A stretch of 52,419 nucleotides of DNA from a virus. Its lineage: Duplodnaviria; Caudoviricetes. Below the pieces are notes generated by a model. It saw only the letters and a program-made list of their open reading frames with translations. It was not told the DNA's origin and did no database searches. Below are positions 9,635-18,101 of the stretch, piece after piece. How positions within the stretch are numbered: position 1 is the first letter of the stretch; each line of letters begins with the position of its first letter. A program made the position numbers and the translations under genes. The stretch spans positions 1 to 52,419 of IMG/VR virus record IMGVR_UViG_3300017963_000068; one strand, 5' to 3'.

Positions 9635-10048
9635 TCAGCCCTGGGGAAAGTAGTTCCGGGCTCCGAACGCGGAGGCGCGCGAACGCCTCGAGCCCGAGGA
9701 GAACGGATCTCCCCTCACCTCCACGCCGAGGATTCCCGCCAGGCGGCCCACCAGGCGCTTGCCCTCGGAGCGGAGCTGGCGAAGCTCGGCGCGATTGAGC
9801 TGGATCGATCCCACGTTGTCCGCCTTGAGGCGGCCGTGGGCGTTCACCAGCTTGGCGTCGACATCCTTGATCGACACCAGGAGCCCGGGCGGATCGTCAC
9901 CGATCGCGTTCGTGATCAGCGATTCGTCCGCGGGGAAGGTTTCGATCGCGCTCAGGGCGCGCGTAAGCGCGTCATCCACTTGGCCGTAGCGGGGCGTCCA
10001 CCCCAGGAACATGCGGATCTCCGCTTTTTGTGCGTCCGTGAGCGCCAT
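9635..10048 (-). CDS. Putative head-tail connector protein
   Basis: 137 aa, helical (MALTDAQKAEIRMFLGW); downstream of the capsid genes. Confidence 0.55.
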   Translation of the reverse strand: MALTDAQKAEIRMFLGWTPRYGQVDDALTRALSAIETFPADESLITNAIGDDPPGLLVSIKDVDAKLVNAHGRLKADNVGSIQLNRAELRQLRSEGKRLVGRLAGILGVEVRGDPFSSGSRRSRASAFGARNYFPQG

Positions 10049-10051
10049 CGG

Positions 10052-10447
10052 TTAGTCCTCCTCGCCCTCCACGAACTCCTCCAGCTCGGGCTCCTCCTGG
10101 GCCGGTGACGGCGCCGAGGGCTTGCTGGTGGCCGCGGGCCGCGGTTTGGGCTTGCGCCCGGGCTTGGCCCGTGTGGGTTGCTTGGCCTCCCATGCCTTGT
10201 GGGCCGCGGAGCCCACGGGCACCACGGTGGCGATCGCCGGAGCGCTCCCCGAGGCCCGGCGCGCGCTCATGCGTTCGATGATTGACGGGAATAGCTCGCG
10301 CTTGGCGAGCTTGATCGGGCGGCAATAGCCGTCCGGGAACTCGCGCTCCTCGCCTGGGGGCACCACGATCACCGTGGGCTTGCTTCCCGGCATTCCCGCC
10401 AGCTCGAAACGCTGGGGCGCGCTCGAAATGTTGATCATCCTCGCCAT
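10052..10447 (-). CDS. Hypothetical protein downstream of the major capsid gene
   Basis: 131 aa from ATG 10447 with GACACAGGAGGAG RBS; basic/Pro-rich region then acidic tail. Confidence 0.6.
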   Translation of the reverse strand: MARMINISSAPQRFELAGMPGSKPTVIVVPPGEEREFPDGYCRPIKLAKRELFPSIIERMSARRASGSAPAIATVVPVGSAAHKAWEAKQPTRAKPGRKPKPRPAATSKPSAPSPAQEEPELEEFVEGEED

Positions 10448-10548
10448 TGGTTCTCCTCCTGTGTCGTGCGGACGCGCGGCGAGGTAGATCGCGAGCGCCA
10501 CGCCACGCCGCGCGTCCTAGTTCATGGCGTGGCGCCCGTGTCCGGTGC

Positions 10549-11598
10549 CTACAGGTTGGCGTCCAGATCGATGATTCGGCCGTGAGCGTTCGGGCGCCGG
10601 TTCTTGAGCTGGGGATAGAGGATCAGTTGGAACTTGTACTTGTCCCCGGTCCTCCCCAGCGGGTTGATCCTGGCGGTGAGGCGCGTCCGGCCCTCGCCGA
10701 ATTGATCCTCCGGCGAGCCCACGAGGGCGGCCATTGCCATGGATTGATTGACGGCGCTCAGGCCGTCCGGCATCTGGCAAACCTTGAGATATTCGCTGTT
10801 CAGGAACAGCATTTCCCCGGTGGGAACGTCGACGTCACGAACCACGGGCACGCCGTCGAATTCCAGCATGTGGAAACCGGCGTCCAGGGTGATCTTGCCA
10901 CCGCGGAGGCGAACATTGTCCACCCACCGGCGCTCCTGGCCGATCAGCTTGGAATACTTCGCATGAAGCGCCGGCGTGGTGAGGATCAGATCGAACGGCA
11001 TCCCGCACGCCTCGTAAACCTCCGTCCGGATGTCCCGCATGAGATCGAGGGTGAGGGCGCGCGGAGTCCCGCCGTTGTCGTCCACGTTCGAGGCCCATTG
11101 CGGATAGGTCGACCGATCGATCCCCGCGTAGGTGCCGGTGGTGGCCAGCGGGCCGCCGGTGGCGCACAGCCCGAACATGTTATCCGTGGTCCCGTCCCCC
11201 GTGTAGAGGGCGGTCTGGATCCCCTTGGCCAGGCGCTCGATCGCGTCCCCCAGCTCGTCCGCGAACAGGGCGGCCAGCTCGGCCGGGTTTCCGGTGACGA
11301 GGGCGCCCGCCAGGGCCTTGCCCGTCACCGCAAAGGGGGCATGGTAGGTCCCGTAATCCAAGGAGGCCGGGACTTTGGAATCCCGCTTATAGTCCCCGGC
11401 CTGAACGTCCGCGCCATCGGCGATCGACTCGCCCACGTCCGTGCCGAACCGGGCGGACCACTGGAGGTTCTTTCCCTCGCCGGGGCCTACGGGGAGGAGC
11501 TGGAGGGCGACACAGCTCCGGTTGATCTGTGAAGTGATCCGGTCCTCGAACAGGGTGGCGAGGGTTCCGGCTACGGCGGCCAGGGTGGTATCTGCCAT
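10549..11598 (-). CDS. Major capsid protein (HK97 fold)
   Basis: 349 aa; TYAGIDRSTYPQWAS, DLILTTP and GFHMLEFDGVPVVRDVDVP motifs; follows the scaffold gene; RBS AAGGAG. Confidence 0.88.
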   Translation of the reverse strand: MADTTLAAVAGTLATLFEDRITSQINRSCVALQLLPVGPGEGKNLQWSARFGTDVGESIADGADVQAGDYKRDSKVPASLDYGTYHAPFAVTGKALAGALVTGNPAELAALFADELGDAIERLAKGIQTALYTGDGTTDNMFGLCATGGPLATTGTYAGIDRSTYPQWASNVDDNGGTPRALTLDLMRDIRTEVYEACGMPFDLILTTPALHAKYSKLIGQERRWVDNVRLRGGKITLDAGFHMLEFDGVPVVRDVDVPTGEMLFLNSEYLKVCQMPDGLSAVNQSMAMAALVGSPEDQFGEGRTRLTARINPLGRTGDKYKFQLILYPQLKNRRPNAHGRIIDLDANL

Positions 11599-11629
11599 TG
11601 GGATCTCCTTGCTTGCGGAGCGCTAGGGT

Positions 11630-11707
11630 TTAGAGCCTCGCGCTGTCCCGCCCGCGCCCGGCGTGCGTCCCGGTGGAGATCCCCCGGTCGTGGTTAGAGC
11701 CTCGCGC
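11630..11707. repeat. 14-bp direct repeat in the capsid leader
   Basis: TTAGAGCCTCGCGC at 11630-11643 and 11694-11707. Confidence 0.85.
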
Positions 11708-11744
11708 GAAATCTTGCGCGCGTCAACTGGTAACGGTTGCGCCG

Positions 11745-12545
11745 TTACAGTTCCACAGTGCCGGAGTTGAGGAGATCCTTTGTTTGTTCGGCGAGCTTTT
11801 CGAGCGCCTTGGTTTTCTCCTCGCGCTTTGCCGAGGCGGCATCTGGTGGAGTCGGGCCTGGGCGTGGGCCGCCCTTTTTCCCGGGGAGGTTTCCGGATCC
11901 GCTCACGTTCGCCGGCGCCAGGTGGGCCTTGCCGGTGTCCGTTTGGATCCACTCCTTGATCGCGTCCCCGAGGGGGAGATCCTCGTGGTAGCCCTGGCGC
12001 TGCATTCGCCAGGTGGGGCCGGATTCCGTCACGCTCACGTTCGATCGGATCGTCGCCACGGCGCCGTCCAGTAGCTCGGCGCGCACCCCGGCTTTTGAAA
12101 GCTCGCCGCGGAGGCTCGCCTCGAGCTGGGCCTGGGCGTGCTTATCGGCCTCCACCTTGCGCGCCTCCTTTTCATTGTTGATCTGGGCGGTGAGGGCTTT
12201 CACTTGGTTGCGAAGCTCGCCCACCTCGCCGTCCTCGGAGCCCTCGCCCGCGCCCTTGCCCTTGCCCTTGCCGCCGCCACCGCCGCCCGCCATCTTGGCG
12301 AGTTGCTCCTGGAGTGGCGCCAGGGCGATGTCCATGCCCTCCTTGATCGCCTCGGGGAGCTTGCGGCCAAGTTGCGAGGTCACGGCCGCGTTGACGGTTC
12401 GCATGATCAGATCGCGCTGGGCCTGATCGACGGTTCCGCCACCGTCGCCACCGCCGCCTCCTCCTCCGTCGCCTCCGTCATTCTCCGCGCTGCAAACGAG
12501 CGAGCTGGTGGGCTCGCGGGGCGTTGTCCAATTCCTGATCAACAT
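11745..12545 (-). CDS. Capsid scaffolding protein
   Basis: 266 aa, Gly-rich N-terminus and coiled coils; immediately upstream of the capsid gene; GACACAGGAGGAG RBS. Confidence 0.75.
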   Translation of the reverse strand: MLIRNWTTPREPTSSLVCSAENDGGDGGGGGGGDGGGTVDQAQRDLIMRTVNAAVTSQLGRKLPEAIKEGMDIALAPLQEQLAKMAGGGGGGKGKGKGAGEGSEDGEVGELRNQVKALTAQINNEKEARKVEADKHAQAQLEASLRGELSKAGVRAELLDGAVATIRSNVSVTESGPTWRMQRQGYHEDLPLGDAIKEWIQTDTGKAHLAPANVSGSGNLPGKKGGPRPGPTPPDAASAKREEKTKALEKLAEQTKDLLNSGTVEL

Positions 12546-12561
12546 TCGCTCCTCCTGTGTC

Positions 12562-12741
12562 CTATAGTTTGAATTCTGGTTTCTGGACGCGCCAGGCGCG
12601 CGCCATGCGATCGAAGTCCGCCGGATCGTCCTGGAGGAGCCGGAGTATATGCGCCTCCTCGGCGGTGATCTTGCGTCCGCGGGCCTGATAGTAGGCCGCG
12701 CACGCCTTGAGATCGTTCCGTTCTATGTCGCCAATGGTCAT
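12562..12741 (-). CDS. Small hypothetical protein, candidate immunity protein for the MuF C-terminal domain
   Basis: 59 aa starting 4 nt after the MuF stop. Confidence 0.5.
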   Translation of the reverse strand: MTIGDIERNDLKACAAYYQARGRKITAEEAHILRLLQDDPADFDRMARAWRVQKPEFKL

Positions 12742-12745
12742 TGGT

Positions 12746-15268
12746 TCACTTGTACGGCGCAAACTTCACCCCCTCATCAATGGCCAGGGCGAGCTTGTTC
12801 ACCACGCCCGGCGAATCGCTGTTCGGGAACATGTCAATGAACTTGGAAACCACCTCGGTGGGGCCTTTGAGTGAGTCCGCCGGTAGGCGCTTGAAAGCGT
12901 CCGCGGCGTTCTCGAGGATCGTCCAGGCCCGTTTCCGGTCGACTTTGTAGGCGTCCACCACGCCGTCCAGTAGGGCGTCAATGATCCCCTCGTAAGACTT
13001 CACGCGCGGCCCCCAGGTGGCCGGCATCCCGAACCGGCGCATGAACTTTTGCGCCATGATCTCGGTGGTGGCCTCCTCGATCGCGCATCCGGCCCCGCGG
13101 TATTGCATCCGCTCGATCGGGGAGAACGTGTGGAACACCTCATGGGCGATCGTTTTCATATTGTGGGCGTTCTGGGATAGCTCGAACCCGGCGTGATCGC
13201 GCGCCGCTTTCGCGGCCACCTCGCGCTCCGCGTAGGCCGCGCGCTCCCCGGCCCTTGCGGTGTCCATTTTGGGCTTGAGCTTCGCGATCTTTGCCTTGAC
13301 GCGGGCCATTTTGCCCTCGATCTTGACGGCCGCGGACTCGAACTTTTTTCGAGCGCGAATGCTACCGGCCCCGCTCGCCGCGTCCTCGGCGGCCACGAGC
13401 TGGCGTAGTAATTCGCTGTTCTGGCGTTGCAGCTCGGCCATTTCGCCCTCGAGGCGATAGGCTTTTTTCATGGAGTCAACCCACCGTTTGTGGGGCTTGG
13501 CGATCCGCTCGGCCACGCGCTCGTAACTCGCGATCAGCTTTTCGGTTTTCGCCGGAGCTTTGATCATCGCCTGGGCGAACTTCTCCGCTCCGCTCATACA
13601 TTCGGGCGTCACCTCCATGAGGCCGTCCCAGCCCATTTGAGCGTAGGCGTCGGGGAGCTTGCGGATCTCCACGGCGCGAATCTTTCGCCCCTTCTGGTAT
13701 CCGGTGAGCTTGAATTCATGTTCCAGGGCCTCGGCGGCGCCCATGTGATCGCCCTTGGACATGGCCTCCGCAACCTCCACGAGCGGATCGACGCCAGGCG
13801 CGGAGCGTAGCTCCACGATGCGTTCCCTGGTGGCCTCCAGTTCCTTGCGCAACCGATAGGCGCGATCCATGTCCCGCTTTTTCGGTTTCACCAGGCGGGC
13901 GGCCTCGATCTCCTTGTCAAAGGCGAGGAGCTTTTTGTGGCCCGCCTCGATCGCCGGTGAGGCGCTGGGGAACTCCTCCGGGTGGGCCAGCATGTAATCG
14001 CTCCACGCCTTGCGCTTTGCCTCGATCCCGGCCACGTTGCCCGGATCGTCCACGCGCCGGCGGGCCTCGGCGAGCTTGTTCTCCAGGTCCACGCGCTTGG
14101 CGCGCTGTTTTGCAAGCTCGGCCTGGGCCTCGGGCTTTTTCCGCTTGGGCTTGGGCTTGGGCTTGGGCTTGGGCGGCGCCTCGGGCTTGGCCTTGAGCTT
14201 GGCCGTGGGCGCCTTGCCGGTGGCGTAGATCGGTTCCGCCTCCTCGGCGCGCTTCTGGGTTCCCCAGCGCTTGAGCCACGGGGAAACGATACAACGGCAA
14301 TTCGGATGCGCCGGCGGGTGATCATGCTCGCCCAGTTCGGAGTGGAATTTTTCATCGGCGCCCACCACCTGGCGATCGAGCGTTCGGCACACGTCGCAAA
14401 GGCGCTTATCCGCGCTCGCGTCCCACCGGCGCATGAACTCGGGATCGCCGGGATCGCGCGCTTCCCGGTTCAGCTCATCGATCCCATTGTTCGCGTGGAC
14501 GTTATAGGCTTGCTGCATTTCGGTTCGGACGATTCGCTCCCCCCAGTGCCGATAACGCTTGAACAGGCCCTCCGTGATCTCCTCCACGATCGCCCCGGGC
14601 TCGCCCTTGACGCCACGGAGCGCCACCAGGCCGCGAGGCCCTCCGAGGCGCCGGAGGCGGTTTGTCATTTGCGTGTACGTTTCGCCGCGGGCCACGCCCA
14701 CGCCTAGCTGTGCCCGGATGTCCTCGGTGATCCGGCGCCCATAGCGCGCGGCGGACGTGCGGAACCTGGGGATCAGCGTGTGGTCCCCGGAAACCATGAG
14801 GGCCGCGGCATCGATCTGGATCGGTCGGATCGTGTCCCGGAACACGTCCGCGAATCGCGCCAGCTCGAACTCGAGGTGGCCGGCGGCGAGGTGGGCGGCC
14901 AGGACGTTGCCCTCCTCGAGGGCGTGGCGCATGGCGGGATCGAGCTTCGCCATGGTTTTGATCGCGCCCTCGAGGCTCACCAGGGCGCGGCGGTATTGCT
15001 GGGCGGTGAATCGCTCGGCGCCGTCCACGCCCTTGAGCCAGCTCGTGAGGGCGGCGCGTAGCTCGCGCCTCGCCTCCATGAACACGGGAAGGAGCTTTTT
15101 CAGGACGCGAGGCTCGAGGGCCGTTACTTCGCCGGCCACTTGCTCGAGCATTCGCTGGACGCGCTTCTGGTTTGACTTGGCGGGAAAGATCGGGGCGTCC
15201 CGCCCGGGCGGGCGGGTGTAGCCCGGCGGAACGAACGGAGCGCCGGTGGTGTGTGGATCCGGCGCCAT
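12746..15268 (-). CDS. MuF / SPP1 gp7-like minor head protein with C-terminal HExxH metallopeptidase domain
   Basis: ERIVRTEMQQAYN, CDVC and HPPAHPNCRC MuF motifs; PK-repeat linker; C-terminal TIAHEVFH...IEEATTE; follows the portal gene. Confidence 0.85.
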   Translation of the reverse strand: MAPDPHTTGAPFVPPGYTRPPGRDAPIFPAKSNQKRVQRMLEQVAGEVTALEPRVLKKLLPVFMEARRELRAALTSWLKGVDGAERFTAQQYRRALVSLEGAIKTMAKLDPAMRHALEEGNVLAAHLAAGHLEFELARFADVFRDTIRPIQIDAAALMVSGDHTLIPRFRTSAARYGRRITEDIRAQLGVGVARGETYTQMTNRLRRLGGPRGLVALRGVKGEPGAIVEEITEGLFKRYRHWGERIVRTEMQQAYNVHANNGIDELNREARDPGDPEFMRRWDASADKRLCDVCRTLDRQVVGADEKFHSELGEHDHPPAHPNCRCIVSPWLKRWGTQKRAEEAEPIYATGKAPTAKLKAKPEAPPKPKPKPKPKRKKPEAQAELAKQRAKRVDLENKLAEARRRVDDPGNVAGIEAKRKAWSDYMLAHPEEFPSASPAIEAGHKKLLAFDKEIEAARLVKPKKRDMDRAYRLRKELEATRERIVELRSAPGVDPLVEVAEAMSKGDHMGAAEALEHEFKLTGYQKGRKIRAVEIRKLPDAYAQMGWDGLMEVTPECMSGAEKFAQAMIKAPAKTEKLIASYERVAERIAKPHKRWVDSMKKAYRLEGEMAELQRQNSELLRQLVAAEDAASGAGSIRARKKFESAAVKIEGKMARVKAKIAKLKPKMDTARAGERAAYAEREVAAKAARDHAGFELSQNAHNMKTIAHEVFHTFSPIERMQYRGAGCAIEEATTEIMAQKFMRRFGMPATWGPRVKSYEGIIDALLDGVVDAYKVDRKRAWTILENAADAFKRLPADSLKGPTEVVSKFIDMFPNSDSPGVVNKLALAIDEGVKFAPYK

Positions 15269-15271
15269 GGA

Positions 15272-17086
15272 CTACCGGGCCGGATAGCGGACGGGGCGGC
15301 CGTTCCGGGCTCGCCGGCGCGCGTCCTCCTCGGCGCTCGCGCCGCCGTCCTCGCCGTCCTCGCCCTCCTCCTCCTCCTGGTCCTCCTCCTGGTCCCCGCG
15401 GTCCTCGAGCGCCATGGAGTCCTCGAGGAGCGCCTCCTCGGCGCTGATCATGGACTCCAGCTCCTCGCGGATCTTGGCCAGCTCCTCCTCGGTGATCTCG
15501 CCTCCCAGGACCAGCTTGTAAAGGCGGTAGAGGTATGCGCGCTTGAACGTGGCGGACTTGATCGGGATCCCGTTCAGAAGCTCCACGCCCTCCTTGATCG
15601 CCGCGGCCACGTCGACGGAGTCGAAATGGGCGGCGCCGGAAACGCGGAACGCCTGGCCGTCACCTCTGGCGATCGCCACCAGGGACATGAGGAGCTGGGC
15701 GAGGTCGCGAACCAGGCGGCCCAGTTCCTTGAGGATCACGCCGGCCACGGCCTTGTCCTGGGCCTTGGACTCGCCGGAGCGCTTGATCGCGCTCGAGCCC
15801 ATGTCCACGGAAAGCGCCATCGAATACATGACGCGGAACATTTCCCGCATGATTTCTTGACAGGACTCACGCCCGGCAACAAACGGATCGACGGGCGGCC
15901 CCACGAACTCGGCGCGATCCTCGTGGCCGCGCTCCTGGACGTGGCCCGGGCCTCGGATCTGGTTCACGGCGCGATCGGCCTCCTCCTGGGCGGCGCTCGC
16001 CTGGCCGCTGATTCCGTCCTCGGGCGCCAGGAACTCGTAAAGCATGGCGAACAGGCTTTTGAATTCGGCCCAGCTCACGGCGGCCCGTTTGTTGAAATGC
16101 TCGCGCGCCAGGGATTCCAGCTTCCCCATGGCGTGGAGGCCCTCGGGAAGCTCGAACGGGATCAGGGGAACCTTGCCGAACGGGTGGGAGCCCTCGGCCA
16201 GGAACGGGACGGGCTGATCGGGCTTGGGCGGATCCTTCGCCTTGTATTCGATCTGCCAACTGGCCCAGCCCTCGCGGTCGTACCACGTGAACGTCTTTCG
16301 GATCGTGTCGCGCGCGGAGGTGAGGTTCTCGCGGCGCGTTTCCGAATCGCAGATCAGCGCCCACTCCAGCTCCCCGTTTGAGTCCGTTTGCCAGTCGATC
16401 ACGTATTCGGGCTCCACGCCGATCAGGTAGGGATCGAGGAGCCCGGCGCGCTCCTGATCGAGGCGCGAGGCCGGCGCCTCCTCGGCGGGTGGCGCCGAGG
16501 GGAGATCGATCAGGATCCAGGCGCGGCGCGTGATCATCGCCTCGCGGACGGCCTCGAGGAGGAGCTGGAACAAGCCCTGGCGCTTCCCCCCGCTCGGGGA
16601 CACGTCCTCGAGGAAACCGTCCTCCTGGTCCGTGTACCAAGCTGGGAGCTTGGTTTCATCCTCGCCCGCGTCCTGGCCGGTGACGCGGAGCGGATCGGCG
16701 CCGAGGCCGGAAACTAGGTTGTCGATGATCGTCCCCGGGTAGGCCAGGTAAAAGGCGCGGCGCTTGCGCTCCTCATACACGGCCGGATCCTCGGCGTTGT
16801 GGGACGGGAATAGGCGGGCCATGATGTCCGGATCGCGGAGGAGGCGCTTTCCGCCCGCGTACAGGGCGCGGCATTCGGCCCAGTAGTCCGCGTCATAGTC
16901 CGGGTGGCGGCGCTGAAAGTGTTTCCACGCCACGGCGCGCTCCTCGGCCGTGGGCGTGCCCAGGATCTCCTCGAGGACGCCCTGGGCGTTGCGGTTCCGC
17001 TGGGCGGTTAGCTCGTCCGCGTTCTCCGCGATCTTTTTCCAGCTCGAGCCCTGTAGCTCGCGGTCCACCTGTGTTTCGAGCGCCAT
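15272..17086 (-). CDS. Portal protein
   Basis: 604 aa; YEERKRRAFYLAY, RAWILIDLP, VIDWQTD, HPFGKVPLIPF and RSGESKAQD motifs; between TerL and MuF. Confidence 0.85.
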   Translation of the reverse strand: MALETQVDRELQGSSWKKIAENADELTAQRNRNAQGVLEEILGTPTAEERAVAWKHFQRRHPDYDADYWAECRALYAGGKRLLRDPDIMARLFPSHNAEDPAVYEERKRRAFYLAYPGTIIDNLVSGLGADPLRVTGQDAGEDETKLPAWYTDQEDGFLEDVSPSGGKRQGLFQLLLEAVREAMITRRAWILIDLPSAPPAEEAPASRLDQERAGLLDPYLIGVEPEYVIDWQTDSNGELEWALICDSETRRENLTSARDTIRKTFTWYDREGWASWQIEYKAKDPPKPDQPVPFLAEGSHPFGKVPLIPFELPEGLHAMGKLESLAREHFNKRAAVSWAEFKSLFAMLYEFLAPEDGISGQASAAQEEADRAVNQIRGPGHVQERGHEDRAEFVGPPVDPFVAGRESCQEIMREMFRVMYSMALSVDMGSSAIKRSGESKAQDKAVAGVILKELGRLVRDLAQLLMSLVAIARGDGQAFRVSGAAHFDSVDVAAAIKEGVELLNGIPIKSATFKRAYLYRLYKLVLGGEITEEELAKIREELESMISAEEALLEDSMALEDRGDQEEDQEEEEGEDGEDGGASAEEDARRRARNGRPVRYPAR

Positions 17087-17100
17087 CGGTGCCTCCTGGT

Positions 17101-17159
17101 GAGATCCTCGGAGGATCTCGGAGATCCTCCTGGGATCTCCGTGATCGCATAGCGATCAC
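17101..17159. repeat. Array of three adjacent 19-bp palindromes containing six phased GATC sites
   Basis: GAGATCC-TCGGA-GGATCTC (17101-17119), GAGATCC-TCCTG-GGATCTC (17121-17139), GTGATCG-CATAG-CGATCAC (17141-17159). Confidence 0.9.
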
Positions 17160-17266
17160 TTTCGTTTCTTGGGGGGAGCCTTGGGTGGCTTGGGAGCCTT
17201 TGGGGCCCTGGGTGGCTTGCCGCCGCCCTTGCTTGCGCGCTTTCCTCCACGTCCTCCACAGCCCAT
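17156..17266 (-). CDS. 36-aa basic Lys/Pro/Gly-rich peptide (absent from the ORF track)
   Basis: RBS TAGGAGG then ATG 17266; MGCGGRGGKRASKGGGKPPRAPKAPKPPKAPPKKRK, TGA at 17156. Confidence 0.7.
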   Translation of the reverse strand: MGCGGRGGKRASKGGGKPPRAPKAPKPPKAPPKKRK

Positions 17267-17275
17267 GATCGCCTC

Positions 17276-17521
17276 CTACTTGCTCCGCGGCTTTCGCTTG
17301 CGCCGTGGAGCTGGCTTTGCCGGCGCCGTTTCCTCGGGCTCCACGGGCTCCGGTGCCGGCGGCGGTGGAGCTGGGGGAGCTGGGGGAGCTGGGAGCGGTG
17401 GTGGAGTTGCAGGCGGCCCGGCCTCGGGGGGATTCGAGGCCGGCGCCCGCTTGGGTGATTGGACTCGCCGAGGTGGAGGATCAGTTAGGTTGAACACCTC
17501 GATCGGCCGCCGCTTTCCCAT
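17276..17521 (-). CDS. Proline-rich protein with basic termini
   Basis: 81 aa from ATG 17521; PPA repeats; its TAG overlaps the next RBS; preceded by TGTTACGGT 6 nt before the ATG (possible leaderless promoter). Confidence 0.55.
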   Translation of the reverse strand: MGKRRPIEVFNLTDPPPRRVQSPKRAPASNPPEAGPPATPPPLPAPPAPPAPPPPAPEPVEPEETAPAKPAPRRKRKPRSK

Positions 17522-17778
17522 GCCGCAACCGTAACACAAGGCGGCGAATTGTGGGATCGGTGACTTTCCACGGCGCGGCGGGCGGGCCGGGGCATTGAAC
17601 GGGCACGCGGGGCGCGTTCGCCAGGAGGCGTTCGCGCTCGAGCTGGTTCAGGTACACAGCCCGGGCACGCTGGTGGGAGGCCCACCTATCGGCCAGGGGG
17701 TTGCACATTGCGCGGCCCGCGTCATCCCGTGGAGGATGCACACGCGGGCCGCGGAATGCAAGCTCGAGGCGGTGGCCG

Positions 17779-18090
17779 CTAGTCCTGGTCCGGATCCTTG
17801 CCGGAGTAACTTCCCTCGGCGGTCCCGGACGTGTGCGCGGTGGCGTTCAGGCGAATCGCGCGGACGGGGAACCCGATCGTTCCATTGAACGGAACGGTTT
17901 TCCCAGTGAGGGTGGGGTGAACATGCCAGCTCGGCGTCCCCGCCAGATCGTCCATGGTGAATTCCACGTCCAGGGTGGCCACGAACGTGCCGGTGACGGC
18001 CACGTAAGCGTCCTCCAGGTTGGACACGTCGACGGGATCGCTCGCCTCCACGGCGTCGATATCGGTGAACGAACCAAATACGTTGCGCAT
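17779..18090 (-). CDS. Small beta-sandwich protein (paralog of 9225..9518)
   Basis: 103 aa from ATG 18090; RBS TAGGAGGAGG overlapping the terL stop. Confidence 0.65.
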   Translation of the reverse strand: MRNVFGSFTDIDAVEASDPVDVSNLEDAYVAVTGTFVATLDVEFTMDDLAGTPSWHVHPTLTGKTVPFNGTIGFPVRAIRLNATAHTSGTAEGSYSGKDPDQD

Positions 18091-18101
18091 TGTGCCTCCT
18101 C

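Noticed and set aside
14140-14172. GGGCTT hexamer repeats
   Set aside because: They encode the PKPKPK linker of MuF; low-complexity coding sequence.
17101-17159. Palindrome array as a CRISPR mini-array
   Set aside because: Units are adjacent with 1-nt gaps and no spacers; no cas genes present.
17481-17741. 86-aa ORF between terL-proximal genes
   Set aside because: No clear RBS or motif and it overlaps the next gene; may be real but is unsupported.
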